A stretch of 64,000 nucleotides of DNA from a virus. Lineage: Duplodnaviria; Caudoviricetes. A model generated the notes under the pieces. The model was given only the letters and a program-made list of their open reading frames with translations. It did no database searches and was not told where the DNA came from. The position numbers and the translations under genes were made by a program. Location: the IMG/VR virus record IMGVR_UViG_2882613001_000002, positions 22,773 through 86,772 of that record. The stretch is one strand, 5' to 3'. Shown one piece after another: positions 46,115 through 55,739 of this stretch. Positions within the stretch are counted from its first letter, which is position 1; every line of letters starts with the position of its first letter.

Positions 46115-46322
46115 TAGGGTTTCTCCAAGGAGCAGATGTCTTTGTCAACTAATGCCAAAGATCTAGACTGTGGATCACTGAATGTCTATCGGAGAGGATT
46201 GTGGGCAAGAGCTTGCAAGCTCTCGGCACAATTCATCTCAATCACCTTTGGCGTAGCAGCAAGGAACCTTCTCTCCGCCTACGCCTTCAGAAGATCGGAA
46301 TGCGTCCGTCTCTCGCGCAAGA

Positions 46323-47243
46323 TCACATTGCCGCCCGCGCCACCGCAACCCGCGCCCGCGCCATGGCACTCCGCGACATACCGCGCGTGCCGCTGCGCGG
46401 TGCGGGCGCATAGGCCCCGAGTATCCGCCCATAAAACGCCATGCGGCTTTCCTCGCGATCTGCCAGCCCGCGCTTCACAGCCTCCGCGCCGTCGAACAGC
46501 GCCCCGCCGTCGCGCACATCCTCCGTCACGCTGGCGCGGCTGCGCAGATCCTCCAGCGTCATGCCACGGCCTGCCGCAGCGGCAGCGTGGAAACGCGCTT
46601 CGGCCTCGCCCAGACTGCGCAGGATCTCGGTGCGCCCCTCTTCTGTCGAAGGGTCGGGCCATTTGGCGCGGGCATGGGGCGAGGTGAACTCAAAGAGCTG
46701 CAACCCCGATCCCTGCCCCGGCTGCACATAGGCGCCGGTCATGACACCCGCGCCGATGCTGCCGAGCGAGGCCCCCGGCGCGACCGTGATCTCGCGCGCC
46801 TGGCTAGCCAGCCAGTAGCCAGCACTCGCGGCCAGCGGATGCACCAGGGCATGCACCGGCTTGATCTGGCCCAGCTCGGCAATCGCCGCCGCCGCACCCG
46901 CGCAGCCCAGCACCATGCCGCCCGGCGTGTCGAACTCCAGAACGATGGCCGCGACGGCTTCATCCGTGGCCAGCGCGGCGCAGGTTTCTGTCAGGCCCTG
47001 GTATGTGGCCCAGCCCATGTAGCGCTCCAGCATCATCGAATTGGCGGTCAGCACGCCGCGCACCGGCACCACCGCCACGCCGCGTTCGATCACGAACCGC
47101 TCGGGCGTTTGTGGCCCCGCCATCTGGACGGGATCACCCGCCACCGGCTGTGGCATCGGCTGCGCCAGCAAGGGCTGCGCCGCGGCCTCATTCAGGGCCA
47201 TGATGCCACCGCCAAGCATGGCGCGCAGAGTTGGGATTGTCAT
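46323..47243 (-). CDS. S49 (SppA/ClpP-like) prohead protease
   Basis: DTPGG, AASAGYWLAS and GSIG motifs. Confidence 0.9.
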   Translation of the reverse strand: MTIPTLRAMLGGGIMALNEAAAQPLLAQPMPQPVAGDPVQMAGPQTPERFVIERGVAVVPVRGVLTANSMMLERYMGWATYQGLTETCAALATDEAVAAIVLEFDTPGGMVLGCAGAAAAIAELGQIKPVHALVHPLAASAGYWLASQAREITVAPGASLGSIGAGVMTGAYVQPGQGSGLQLFEFTSPHARAKWPDPSTEEGRTEILRSLGEAEARFHAAAAAGRGMTLEDLRSRASVTEDVRDGGALFDGAEAVKRGLADREESRMAFYGRILGAYAPAPRSGTRGMSRSAMARARVAVARAAM

Positions 47244-48523
47244 TCCTCGGTCTCCTTCGGATCGGGTGCGGTGTCGTCGCGGGTCATGTTCGAGGGCGGA
47301 TAAACGCGGTCACCGCCCGTGACATCGTCCAGACCCTCTTCGCGGCGGGCTTCGTTCATCGCCATCCATGGCCCGCCGACCGCCTTGTTCAGCGCCTCGT
47401 AGCGTTCCTTCGTCGTCGCCCGCAGCAGCGCATCGAAGTTGTGACGCAGGAACAGACCGGCGCGGCGCTCGGCCTCGGTCAGCAGGCCAAGCCCCAGCTG
47501 GGTTTCGATGAAGCCGCCCCAATGGCTCAGACAATCGGCCTTGTAGTCGATGGCCTGCTGCTGCCCGTTCGCCTTCACGCCGTATTCCAGCATCTGCAGC
47601 TTGCTCGGCGGCACCCGGTAGATCGCCGCGATCTGTTCCCGGTCAAACTTGCGGTTCTCCAGCAACTGCTGATCCGCAGCCGACAGGTCCAGGCTCTTGA
47701 TGTCATCATCCGGCCCGATCAGGGTCACGCCGCCAAGGCTGTTCTCATTGCGCAGCGCCTCGCGCAGCCGCACCTTCGAGCGCTGATAGGTCTCGTCATC
47801 CGCATCAAAGGCGCTGACCTTGGCCACTGCCTTCATGAAGGTACCCGAGGCCGCCCGCGCCGCCGCCTCCTGACCGGCCAGCGCAATGCCAAAGCTCTCC
47901 GCCGCGACCGAGATCGGGCTGCGCCCTGTCCAGCCATCCTCGGCCATGTAGCGCATGTGCACCATGGCCCGGCCCGGCACCCGGCGCTGGATCCGGTCGC
48001 CGTCCTCGAAGTCATAGAACCGCGCCCGCCCGTTGCGCAACACCGTGCAGAGATCGGGATGAATGCCGTCGATCATCGTCAGCTCACCCGCGCCGTCACG
48101 CGGCGCATAGGCGTAGCCGGTACCGCGCAACGCGAAGGCATAGGCGAGGTTGAACCGGGTCAGCATCGCGGTCACGCCCGGTGCGGCCTCGACATTCAGC
48201 AGGTAGTTCGCCGCGTGATCGCGCACCCGCACCTCGCGCCCCGAGGCGTCGCGCTGCCAGACCTGCACCGGCAGCTTGGAGAGATCCCCGGCGATGATGG
48301 TGCAGCAGGCGGTCACCGTGGCATGGCGCTGCGCCAGCACCGGCGAGACAGGCGGCAAGGTGGCAACCCGGCTACGACTGCCCGAGAAGCCGATCTCCTG
48401 CATCCAGCCTTGCGGCGACGCCGTGCCGCTGGGGATCCCGGCGCTGATCACCGGCTCGGCGCGTGCCGGGGCCGGTGCCTCCGCAGAGCGAAAGGGTCTG
48501 GTGATCACATCGATCAGGCTCAT
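47240..48523 (-). CDS. HK97-family portal protein
   Basis: IAGDLSKLP, G.SPI, IAAIYRVPPSKL and NEARREEGL motifs. Confidence 0.95.
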   Translation of the reverse strand: MSLIDVITRPFRSAEAPAPARAEPVISAGIPSGTASPQGWMQEIGFSGSRSRVATLPPVSPVLAQRHATVTACCTIIAGDLSKLPVQVWQRDASGREVRVRDHAANYLLNVEAAPGVTAMLTRFNLAYAFALRGTGYAYAPRDGAGELTMIDGIHPDLCTVLRNGRARFYDFEDGDRIQRRVPGRAMVHMRYMAEDGWTGRSPISVAAESFGIALAGQEAAARAASGTFMKAVAKVSAFDADDETYQRSKVRLREALRNENSLGGVTLIGPDDDIKSLDLSAADQQLLENRKFDREQIAAIYRVPPSKLQMLEYGVKANGQQQAIDYKADCLSHWGGFIETQLGLGLLTEAERRAGLFLRHNFDALLRATTKERYEALNKAVGGPWMAMNEARREEGLDDVTGGDRVYPPSNMTRDDTAPDPKETEE

Positions 48524-50187
48524 AGCGTTTCGATCTCCCGCTGTTTCTTCTTGCCCTGCCCGGCCACTGCCCGGCCCACGGCCATGATCATCGCCACCGC
48601 GCCGTCGATCCGGCCCGTGCTCTTCTTCTTGTTCGGCTTGACGTTCTCCGAGGCATCCTCGTCGCGGTGCACATTGCCGACCTGCCAGGCCAGCACCGGA
48701 TTGCCGCCGTGCCGGATCCGCTTTTGCGCCACCAGCTCCTCGACCCGCTTCATCGGGTTCGACATGCTGGCAAAGCCCTGCCGATGCTCGACCATGGGAA
48801 AGCCCTCCTTTTCCAGCCGCTCGGCCAGGTACTTCATGCCCCAGGGGTCATAGGCGACCTCCTGGACATCGAAGAACCCCTTCAGCCAGTGCAGGCGCGC
48901 CCGGATCTCTTCCTCATCGACCGAGCCGCCCCGGCAGATCTCCAGCCAGCCCGCCTGTTGCCAGCCGACATATTCCCGCTTCTCCGTCTGGGCGCGGTGG
49001 ATGAAGCCCTTCGGCCCCTCCGGCAGGAAGATGTAGGAGATCACCACGACCGCCTCTCCGTCCGGGATCGCCACGACAATGGCCGTGGTGTCAACCTTGT
49101 TGGACAGATCGAGGCCGATCCACGCCCGCTTGCCGCGCAGGCGCGCCAGGTCAATCGGCTGTTTCGCGTCGCCCTGGTCCCAGACATCGCGGGCAATCCA
49201 TGCCTCGGCGCCCTCGGTCCAGAGATTGAGGTGAAAGCGGCGAAAGTTCGGCATCTTGGCCGCGATGATCGTCGCCAGCGTCGCCGCCGCCTTGATGTCG
49301 GCCTGCGGCTTGGAGACATCGAGGTTCGGGTTGCCCATTGCCCAGGCCACCGGGTCCAGCGGGTCGCAATCCACCGGCGGCTCGGCGACATAGGCAAAGA
49401 ACCGGTCATCCTCGACATCGCCGCGCAGCACGCTCTCGGCATAGTCGCGCAGCTCGCCGCAGAGCGAGGCGCGGTCATGCCCCGCCGTGGTGATCACCCA
49501 GTCAATCGGCTGCGTGCGCGCGATCATGGATTCCGTGATCGTCTCGGCCAGTTCGCGATCCGTCCAGCGGTGCATCTCGTCGCGCGCCAGAAAGTGCGGG
49601 TTGATCCCATCCGAGCTGTTCCCGTCGCGCGACAGGCACGCGATCATGCCATCGGTGTCCGGGGTTTCGATCTGGGTGCGATACACATCCATGCCCCGCG
49701 TCAGCACCGGCGAATGCTTGATCATCCGCTTGACGCCCTTGAACAGCAGCCCCGCCTGGTCCCGCGTCGTCGCCGCGCAATAGGCCTGCGGCGCGGCCTC
49801 GCCGTCCATCAGCTGCGAGTACAGCATCGGCACCGCCGTGTCGGTCGTCTTGCCGTTCTTCTTGCCGACCTGGTGATAGGTATTGCGGAACCGGCGCAGG
49901 CCCGTGGCCTCGCGCTTCCAGCCAAACACCGACCCCATGCGGAACACCTGCCAGGGCTGCAGCTGGAAACTCTGCCCGGCCAGCGCGCCCTCGGTATGGC
50001 GCAGGATCCTGGCGAAGTTCAGGATGCGATCCGCGCCCTCGGGATCGAAGTAGAGGCCCCGGTCGCGCCCGGTTTCCAGATCGCTCAGGTGACGCTGGCA
50101 TGCCCGCTGCACCAGATCGCCCGCGATAACCCGTCCCTCGGTGACATCGCGGGCATATGCGCTCACCGGGTGATCAACTGGATCCAT
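48520..50187 (-). CDS. Terminase large subunit
   Basis: KKNGKT, DEMH, ITTAG, IGLDLS and RIDGAVA motifs. Confidence 0.95.
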   Translation of the reverse strand: MDPVDHPVSAYARDVTEGRVIAGDLVQRACQRHLSDLETGRDRGLYFDPEGADRILNFARILRHTEGALAGQSFQLQPWQVFRMGSVFGWKREATGLRRFRNTYHQVGKKNGKTTDTAVPMLYSQLMDGEAAPQAYCAATTRDQAGLLFKGVKRMIKHSPVLTRGMDVYRTQIETPDTDGMIACLSRDGNSSDGINPHFLARDEMHRWTDRELAETITESMIARTQPIDWVITTAGHDRASLCGELRDYAESVLRGDVEDDRFFAYVAEPPVDCDPLDPVAWAMGNPNLDVSKPQADIKAAATLATIIAAKMPNFRRFHLNLWTEGAEAWIARDVWDQGDAKQPIDLARLRGKRAWIGLDLSNKVDTTAIVVAIPDGEAVVVISYIFLPEGPKGFIHRAQTEKREYVGWQQAGWLEICRGGSVDEEEIRARLHWLKGFFDVQEVAYDPWGMKYLAERLEKEGFPMVEHRQGFASMSNPMKRVEELVAQKRIRHGGNPVLAWQVGNVHRDEDASENVKPNKKKSTGRIDGAVAMIMAVGRAVAGQGKKKQREIETL

Positions 50188-50620
50188 TGCCCTTCATCGC
50201 CTTCTCCAGTTCATCCAGGAAGCTGCCCTGACCCGCCGCGCCGAGGCGACCTTCATCCACCGGCGTCAGGCCGAACAGCGCGCCGATCCGCTGCATGCTG
50301 GCCAGCGCGTCCTGCCGCTGGCCCCATGCCGCCCGTTTCTTTTCCTGCGTCCCGTTGCGGGTCTCGGTCAGGTAGTAGTTCCCCATGATCGCGAGGTCCC
50401 CGGTGCAGCGCACGAAGTCGCCGACCGAGACGCAATAGGCCGCAAACAGATCCTCGAAGTGCGGCTCCAGCCGCCCCTTGGCAATCATCACCGGTGCCAG
50501 CCGATCCCAGGCCTCGACCGCCTCTTCGCTCGGCATGAAGTCGGGCGCGGGCGGCGTCGGCCTGACGCCGTCGCCCTTCATCCGCACCACGTTGTCGAGC
50601 TTTGGCTTGCTGCCCTTCAT
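50174..50620 (-). CDS. Terminase small subunit (P27 family)
   Basis: A.EAWDR...FAAYC...FGLTP..R pattern. Confidence 0.85.
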   Translation of the reverse strand: MKGSKPKLDNVVRMKGDGVRPTPPAPDFMPSEEAVEAWDRLAPVMIAKGRLEPHFEDLFAAYCVSVGDFVRCTGDLAIMGNYYLTETRNGTQEKKRAAWGQRQDALASMQRIGALFGLTPVDEGRLGAAGQGSFLDELEKAMKGNGSS

Positions 50621-50640
50621 CTCGTAACCCTCTCTCAAAT

Positions 50641-50730
50641 GGGCTTTTTTTCTCAAATCCGGCCGCACGAAAACAACTGTTTACATACCGGTCAACGTCG
50701 CGTGCCCCGGATTTTTGAGGTACCCCCCCG
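50641..50730 (-). other. Probable cos region of Element 2
   Basis: G-run (GGGGGGGTA) between the HNH gene and terS, the usual location in HK97-like phages. Exact site not identifiable. Confidence 0.35.
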
Positions 50731-51108
50731 TCAGCGGTGGAACACCTCGCGCGCCGTCTTGCGCGAATGGCAGGACTTGCAGAGCGGTTGCCAATTGGCC
50801 CGGCTCCAGAACTTCGCCCGGTCACCCTTGTGCGGATCGATGTGGTCGACCTCGCTGGCGGGCACGACCAGGTCGAGACCGGCGCAATCGGCACAGAGTG
50901 GATGCTTGGCAAGGAACCCCTTCGCCGCCTTCTTCCAGGCGGCAGAGGCATAGAGGCGGCGGTGCGCCTGCGCATCCTCGCCCCGCTGCGCCTGCGCCTT
51001 GCGTTCGGCAATCCGCGCCTGCCGCTGCTCCCAATGGTCAGGGCAGTGCGACCGCCCCGCGATTGCGAGGTCGTCACAGCCGCCGGTCACGCAAATCTTG
51101 CGGGGCAT
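50731..51108 (-). CDS. HNH endonuclease (terminase-associated)
   Basis: PLCADC, VDHIDPH and NWQPLCKSCH motifs. Confidence 0.9.
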   Translation of the reverse strand: MPRKICVTGGCDDLAIAGRSHCPDHWEQRQARIAERKAQAQRGEDAQAHRRLYASAAWKKAAKGFLAKHPLCADCAGLDLVVPASEVDHIDPHKGDRAKFWSRANWQPLCKSCHSRKTAREVFHR

Positions 51109-51131
51109 GGCAGAACCTCGATGTCGGGAAT

Positions 51132-51167
51132 GAAAACGCCCGGCAGCTGATAGCTCAGCTCCGGGCG
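51132..51167 (-). terminator. Intrinsic terminator-like hairpin before the late operon
   Basis: CGCCCGG(C)AGCTGA-TAGC-TCAGCT-CCGGGCG with TTTT following on the minus strand. Confidence 0.6.
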
Positions 51168-51213
51168 CAATTTGTGATGATGACAGAGTTGATGCCACCG
51201 GAAGAGATAGGCG

Positions 51214-52098
51214 TCAATCCCCTTTCGTCGGGGTCACCAGATCATGGCCCTGCATACGGTCCAGCGCCGCGCACAGCGCCAACCGCAGTCCTTCGCGTGT
51301 CTTTGCGTCATTGCACCAGCCGCAGGCGCTCAGCACACCCGCCAGAGACATCCCACCGAGACACACCTGATCGACCAGATAGCGCGCGCGGATCGCGGAT
51401 CGTTTTGCCCCACCCGGACGGATCCGGCGCACCTCTTTCGCCAGGCCGTCGCCGATCCGGCGGTGATAGACCCGCAGCCGCTCAAAGTCGCGAAACACCG
51501 CAGCCTCGCGATCCCCCGCCCTACCGCCCGATGCCCGCTGCGCTTCCAGCGAGGAACACTTCACCCCCGCGCAGGCGCAGCGTTCGGTCAGCGCCGCATA
51601 GTCGCGCCCGACCGCGACCTGTCCAATCGAGAACGGCGGCGCGAAGGCGGGCGGCACGAAGTCGGGCACCGGGCCGGTCGCGGCGGCGCTGCGCGTGTCA
51701 TGCGCCTCCTTCGCCGCAGCAACCCGCTTGGGATGTGCCCGCCGCGCCTGATCCGTCATCAGGTCAAACGCATCGGCACGGCGCGCGGCATCCCGTCCGA
51801 GGTAGCCAGCATGGTACTGTTCGAAGGTCCCTTCCCTGGTCTTGCGCCCTTCGACCGGCGTAAAGGCCACCATCGGGCCGCGCGCCGGGGCGACCGGGAT
51901 CTCCGGCCCGCAGGACACAGGCGGCGTCGCGCGGGCCAGCACCTCGGCGCAGGCCACGTCCGAGGCCCGCAGCACCGCCGTGGCAAAACCCACCGGCCAG
52001 CGATCCACGTGCACGACGCCACCCGGCGCGATGTAGGCGACGCAGTCGCGGCCAATGCCCGGACGGCAGAGAGGTTTCCGGATCGGGGCCATCATCAT
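51214..52098 (-). CDS. Hypothetical protein, probable late transcription regulator
   Basis: Last early gene; C-terminal LVDQVC..G.SL..VL...GW...ALCAALDRM. Confidence 0.55.
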   Translation of the reverse strand: MMMAPIRKPLCRPGIGRDCVAYIAPGGVVHVDRWPVGFATAVLRASDVACAEVLARATPPVSCGPEIPVAPARGPMVAFTPVEGRKTREGTFEQYHAGYLGRDAARRADAFDLMTDQARRAHPKRVAAAKEAHDTRSAAATGPVPDFVPPAFAPPFSIGQVAVGRDYAALTERCACAGVKCSSLEAQRASGGRAGDREAAVFRDFERLRVYHRRIGDGLAKEVRRIRPGGAKRSAIRARYLVDQVCLGGMSLAGVLSACGWCNDAKTREGLRLALCAALDRMQGHDLVTPTKGD

Positions 52099-52685
52099 GC
52101 TACGGCACCCCGCCGCGCATCGACCAGCGCCATCGCCCGCGCCTCGCAGGCGTTGAACTCCACCAGCCAGCCGCGATCAATGGCGTCCACCGCCAGGTTA
52201 TGGCCCAGGCGTTCGCGGATCCGCATGGCGCGGCTTTCATCCTCGAGGCCCTGCGCCGCCACCCGCCGTTTCTCGGCCTCGCCCTGCGGCGGGCGGTTCT
52301 TCTCCTGCCAGAACCGGAACTCGGCCACCAGGCGTCCCCCGTCCAGCGCCTGCTGCCCGGCGACGCTGCCGAACCAGCTGGCAATGCCGGGCATCTCGCT
52401 CAGCGGGCGCGGCTGGGCGATCTGTGCGTAGGCGATGAAGGTCGCGTGGTCCGGCCAGAAATTGCGCGCGCTGCCCTGCCCCTTGGTGCGCAATGTCGGC
52501 AACATCCGCTCGCGCAGCCGATCCTCCGCCATATAGGCCAGATCGTCGGCGATCCGGTCCAGCTTGCGCTGGCCCTCCTCGGCGCTGATCCCCTTGGGAA
52601 ACCGAAAGCCCAACTGGGCCATCGGGGTCAGCAACAGGCGACGTACCCGGTCGCGCTTCGTTTCGGCTTGTTCGGTACCGTCCAT
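52095..52685 (-). CDS. Hypothetical replication-region protein
   Basis: ORF following the iteron cluster. Confidence 0.65.
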   Translation of the reverse strand: MDGTEQAETKRDRVRRLLLTPMAQLGFRFPKGISAEEGQRKLDRIADDLAYMAEDRLRERMLPTLRTKGQGSARNFWPDHATFIAYAQIAQPRPLSEMPGIASWFGSVAGQQALDGGRLVAEFRFWQEKNRPPQGEAEKRRVAAQGLEDESRAMRIRERLGHNLAVDAIDRGWLVEFNACEARAMALVDARRGAVA

Positions 52686-52799
52686 CGGTCTTCCCTCTTT
52701 TCTAGGCCAGTCCTGACCTGCCAACCTTTTGCCCGCCGGATCCCCTCGCGCTGTGCAACAAGGGTGTTCTATTTGGTTTTTTCTTGTGTTGTCCTGTAG

Positions 52800-52885
52800 G
52801 GCAATTTCAGTAATCGAGATGAAATCGACTGAAATGTTTCAGTAAGATTTCAGTTCATTTCAGTAAGATTTCACTTAGATTTCAC
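52800..52885. repeat. AT-rich iteron-like repeats; candidate replication origin
   Basis: About 7 TTTCAGT/TTTCAC units, with TTTCAGTAAGATTTCA present twice, just after the initiator-like ORF. Confidence 0.6.
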
Positions 52886-53534
52886 CGCCCGCCATTTGCC
52901 CCGAGCGTCCGGGGAAATGGGCGACTTCGCCGGTGTAGCCGAGCACCTCGATCATCGCGGCCCGCAGGTTTTCATGCGTCGCGTAGAGGTCCGAGTGCTC
53001 GAAATATTCCGCCAGGGCAAAGATGGCGCGATCATCGGAGATGATGTGCTTCTGCACCCGCATCTCTTCCAGCTTCTTGCGGATGCGCGACTTGCGCACG
53101 GCCAGGCGCTGCGCCTCGCGCGCGCCGTCACGCCCCCGCTTACGCTTGTACATCTCGCTGACGATGCCTTGCAGGAAGCCTGGGTGCCCGAGGCGCAGAA
53201 ACGGCTCGGCGGCCGTGTCATCCTCGACCAGCACCGGCACCCAGCCATGCAGCACACCGTCACGCACGGCGCGCCATTCCTCGACCGTGGAAAACCGGGC
53301 GAGGCTGGCAAGCTCCATATCGCAATCCGGCAGCGTGCCGCCGGGGTCCTGGATCATCGCCTGTGACCACAGGATCAGGGCCGTGCCGATGTCTTCGCGG
53401 CGCTGCTTCATCAGGCAGCTGCTGAGGAACTTGGACCCAAGAAACCGGTGCCCGTAGAACGGAAACCAGTCGTGGTTTGACAGCGTCTCGCCGCGCTTGA
53501 GCGGCCAGGGGTCAGGCTGGCTGGCGAACGCCAT
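52875..53534 (-). CDS. Putative replication initiator-like protein
   Basis: HDWFPF...L.S...LW......P.GTLPD..ELA pattern; adjacent to iterons. Confidence 0.5.
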   Translation of the reverse strand: MAFASQPDPWPLKRGETLSNHDWFPFYGHRFLGSKFLSSCLMKQRREDIGTALILWSQAMIQDPGGTLPDCDMELASLARFSTVEEWRAVRDGVLHGWVPVLVEDDTAAEPFLRLGHPGFLQGIVSEMYKRKRGRDGAREAQRLAVRKSRIRKKLEEMRVQKHIISDDRAIFALAEYFEHSDLYATHENLRAAMIEVLGYTGEVAHFPGRSGQMAGGEI

Positions 53535-54160
53535 CACTTGACCCTCGACAACAGGCGCGGACCGACCGCGCCCTCGATCCCGGCGAGGCGCTTGCGAAGC
53601 TGTTCGACCCGCGCGATCTCGGTCGCCAGCGCCTGCGCCTTCTGCTCGCACTCCGATTGCGCCGCCTTGGCCGAGGTCAGGAAGCTCTCGAGGTCACCGG
53701 CCAGCGCCGTCATTTCCTCATTGCCGCCCCCGTCGCCAAAGAACTCCTTGCGCAGCGCCGTGACCCAGCCGGGCATGACCTCAAGGACACTGGCGACCGT
53801 CTCATCCGTATCATTGCGCCGATAGCATTCCTTCCCGGCGTCGTAGACGTCGTGCAGCAGCTCGATGATTTCGCGCTTCTGCGCCTTGGTCGGCGCGCGC
53901 GGCGGCTGTGCCGGCACAACGGCCTTCCTCTTTCCAGTATTCACTTTGACCACCTTTCTCCTTGCTTCGCAGGCAGGGCACCGAAGCCGCTTGCCAATGA
54001 ATGACCATCCCAAACGCTGGACCTTTGCCGCCGCCTGGTCGTCGCTGTCCGACCCGCGCCTGCCATGGGGGGCCGCAACGATTTCCGAGCGCAGGCATTC
54101 GTCACAGATGCAGCTCACGCGCGGCGCACCCTGGCGCGCACGGATCGCTTCAAAAGCCAC
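53534..54160 (-). CDS. Hypothetical protein with CxxC pairs and a coiled coil
   Basis: GTG start overlapping the upstream stop; CICDEC and CPAC. Confidence 0.6.
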   Translation of the reverse strand: MAFEAIRARQGAPRVSCICDECLRSEIVAAPHGRRGSDSDDQAAAKVQRLGWSFIGKRLRCPACEARRKVVKVNTGKRKAVVPAQPPRAPTKAQKREIIELLHDVYDAGKECYRRNDTDETVASVLEVMPGWVTALRKEFFGDGGGNEEMTALAGDLESFLTSAKAAQSECEQKAQALATEIARVEQLRKRLAGIEGAVGPRLLSRVK

Positions 54161-54410
54161 GACGCACCGCCCGTTCCATCCGCTGGATTTCCGCATGCAA
54201 CGCCGCCTCGACGCTGCCGTGCCGCGCCAACAATTCGCGAAGACCCGCGCAGCGATCCCGCCCCCTGACGCTGCAGGCACAGCGACCGTTCGAGGACAGG
54301 CGCGCGCAAAGGACATAGATGTCGGAGACGGGAAGCCTCGCTGCACTGCTCATGTGCTGGATCGTCTGCTGGTCCCTGTCTGCGGGATTTGCGGACCTGT
54401 CGCGCATCAT
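54150..54410 (-). CDS. Hypothetical protein
   Basis: MMRDRS... ORF overlapping both neighbours. Confidence 0.45.
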   Translation of the reverse strand: MMRDRSANPADRDQQTIQHMSSAARLPVSDIYVLCARLSSNGRCACSVRGRDRCAGLRELLARHGSVEAALHAEIQRMERAVRRGF

Positions 54411-54877
54411 GCCCGCCCCCGCGCTTTGAGTGGAACGGCACCTTGCGGGACCCTGCCGGAACACTGATCGGACAGGGTCGCGACGAAGTGGTTCACCAAG
54501 TCAGCCACGTCTTGCGTCTCTTTCAGCGCCCGCGCGAGAACCTGCGGATCATCGCTGCGTTCGGCGCCCGCCAGGGCCAGCACCATCTCGGAGCTTTCCC
54601 GCAGCGCATCGAGATGGCTGATCACGGCAGAGGATGCCTTTTGCTGCCCGAGCTGGCGCGCCCGCATCTTGCTGAAGGGCGCCTGCCCCGCGGCATCCTC
54701 AAGTGCCACCACCCAGGCCCAGACCGGCTCGGCATTGGCGTTCTGCATCCGAGAGATCGAGGCAATCGAGATGTCATGCCCGACGCTCGCCTCAATGACG
54801 GCCCGGGCCGCTTCGACACCGCCGACGGCATCCACCAGAGATTTGAACATGGCAGCGCGCGCACGGATCAGCATGGA
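54407..54877 (-). CDS. CII-like phage regulatory protein
   Basis: FKSLVDAVGGVEAA...SR and LRESSE pattern; follows the cro-like gene. Confidence 0.5.
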   Translation of the reverse strand, partial: SMLIRARAAMFKSLVDAVGGVEAARAVIEASVGHDISIASISRMQNANAEPVWAWVVALEDAAGQAPFSKMRARQLGQQKASSAVISHLDALRESSEMVLALAGAERSDDPQVLARALKETQDVADLVNHFVATLSDQCSGRVPQGAVPLKARGRA

Positions 54878-54935
54878 AGGAGTTTTCCTTTCAAGCGAGA
54901 CAGTGGCGCGGCATCTTGAGAGTACAGGCCAGCCA

Positions 54936-55172
54936 TCAGCCGACACGCAAGTGCTGCGGCATGTGGTTGCCTGCGGACTTAAAATTGAAAATCATACGAG
55001 GGCAGTCGATGCCAGCCGATGCGCACATCGCCTCAATTTCATGAAACCAAGACGCCGGAAATCTCCGCGCGACCCTAGCATGGCGTATGGAATGTTCTGA
55101 GACGCCAAAGGCCGCTTGGATGGCCTCTGACCCTAGTGTGTCGATAATAACTTGGACTGGATGCTTGCTCAT
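54936..55172 (-). CDS. Cro-like protein
   Basis: II..LG..A....FGVS..SI....FPASW pattern; divergent from the repressor. Confidence 0.65.
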   Translation of the reverse strand: MSKHPVQVIIDTLGSEAIQAAFGVSEHSIRHARVARRFPASWFHEIEAMCASAGIDCPRMIFNFKSAGNHMPQHLRVG

Positions 55173-55186
55173 GATGGCACATCAGG

Positions 55187-55247
55187 TGACAAATAATCTG
55201 TCAATGGTCAAGACAAACGTTCCTGACTATCGGCAAAAAACTTGTCG
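55187..55247. promoter_or_regulatory. Operator sites between cro and the repressor
   Basis: TGACA-N7-TGTCA at 55187-55203 and a degenerate CGGCA-N7-TGTCG at 55231-55247. Confidence 0.65.
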
Positions 55248-55254
55248 TGCGAAA

Positions 55255-55551
55255 ATGCTCAGCATGACAACAGACGCCAGACCATTTAGCGATATAGCAG
55301 AGCGGATACGCTGGCACAGATCCCTAGAGGGACTGACCCAAGATGAGTACGCCCAGAAGGCAGGCCTCAAGCGTGCTCAGCTCAATAACTGGGAAACAGG
55401 GAAGTTACGACTATCGCTTGATGGTGCCTTGGCATTGCGCCGCACATACGGGCTTTCACTAGACTTCATGTATGAGGGCATAGCCGATGCATTGCCTATG
55501 ACCCTCAGAGTCGCCTGGAGAGACAGGCCAGCAGTAAGCGCCTCCAAATAA
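55255..55551 (+). CDS. CI-like repressor (XRE HTH only)
   Basis: RI...R...GLTQ.EYA...GL....LNNWETG...S pattern; no S24 peptidase domain. Confidence 0.85.
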   Translation: MLSMTTDARPFSDIAERIRWHRSLEGLTQDEYAQKAGLKRAQLNNWETGKLRLSLDGALALRRTYGLSLDFMYEGIADALPMTLRVAWRDRPAVSASK

Positions 55552-55616
55552 TCGATAGTGAACCCGGTCTTTCTGGCCGCTTCGATAAGCAGCTGCACCC
55601 GATCAAATCCCAGCAT
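55377..55616 (-). CDS. Small ORF antisense to the repressor 3' half
   Basis: AGGAGG 7 nt before the ATG, with an AT-rich upstream region. Confidence 0.4.
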   Translation of the reverse strand: MLGFDRVQLLIEAARKTGFTIDYLEALTAGLSLQATLRVIGNASAMPSYMKSSESPYVRRNAKAPSSDSRNFPVSQLLS

Positions 55617-55739
55617 GCGAAACCCTCCTAGTATATAAATTATGACCGGAACTCCCCCTAAACGGCGCTACCGATCCACGTCCACGACGTCGTAACGCGG
55701 CCCCATCGCCATCTCTCGACAACTTTCTGCCGCATCATA

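Noticed and set aside
33988-50620. Calling the structural cluster a gene transfer agent
   Set aside because: It has an integrase, repressor, replication genes, HNH/P27 cos-type packaging and an att site, so it is a prophage.
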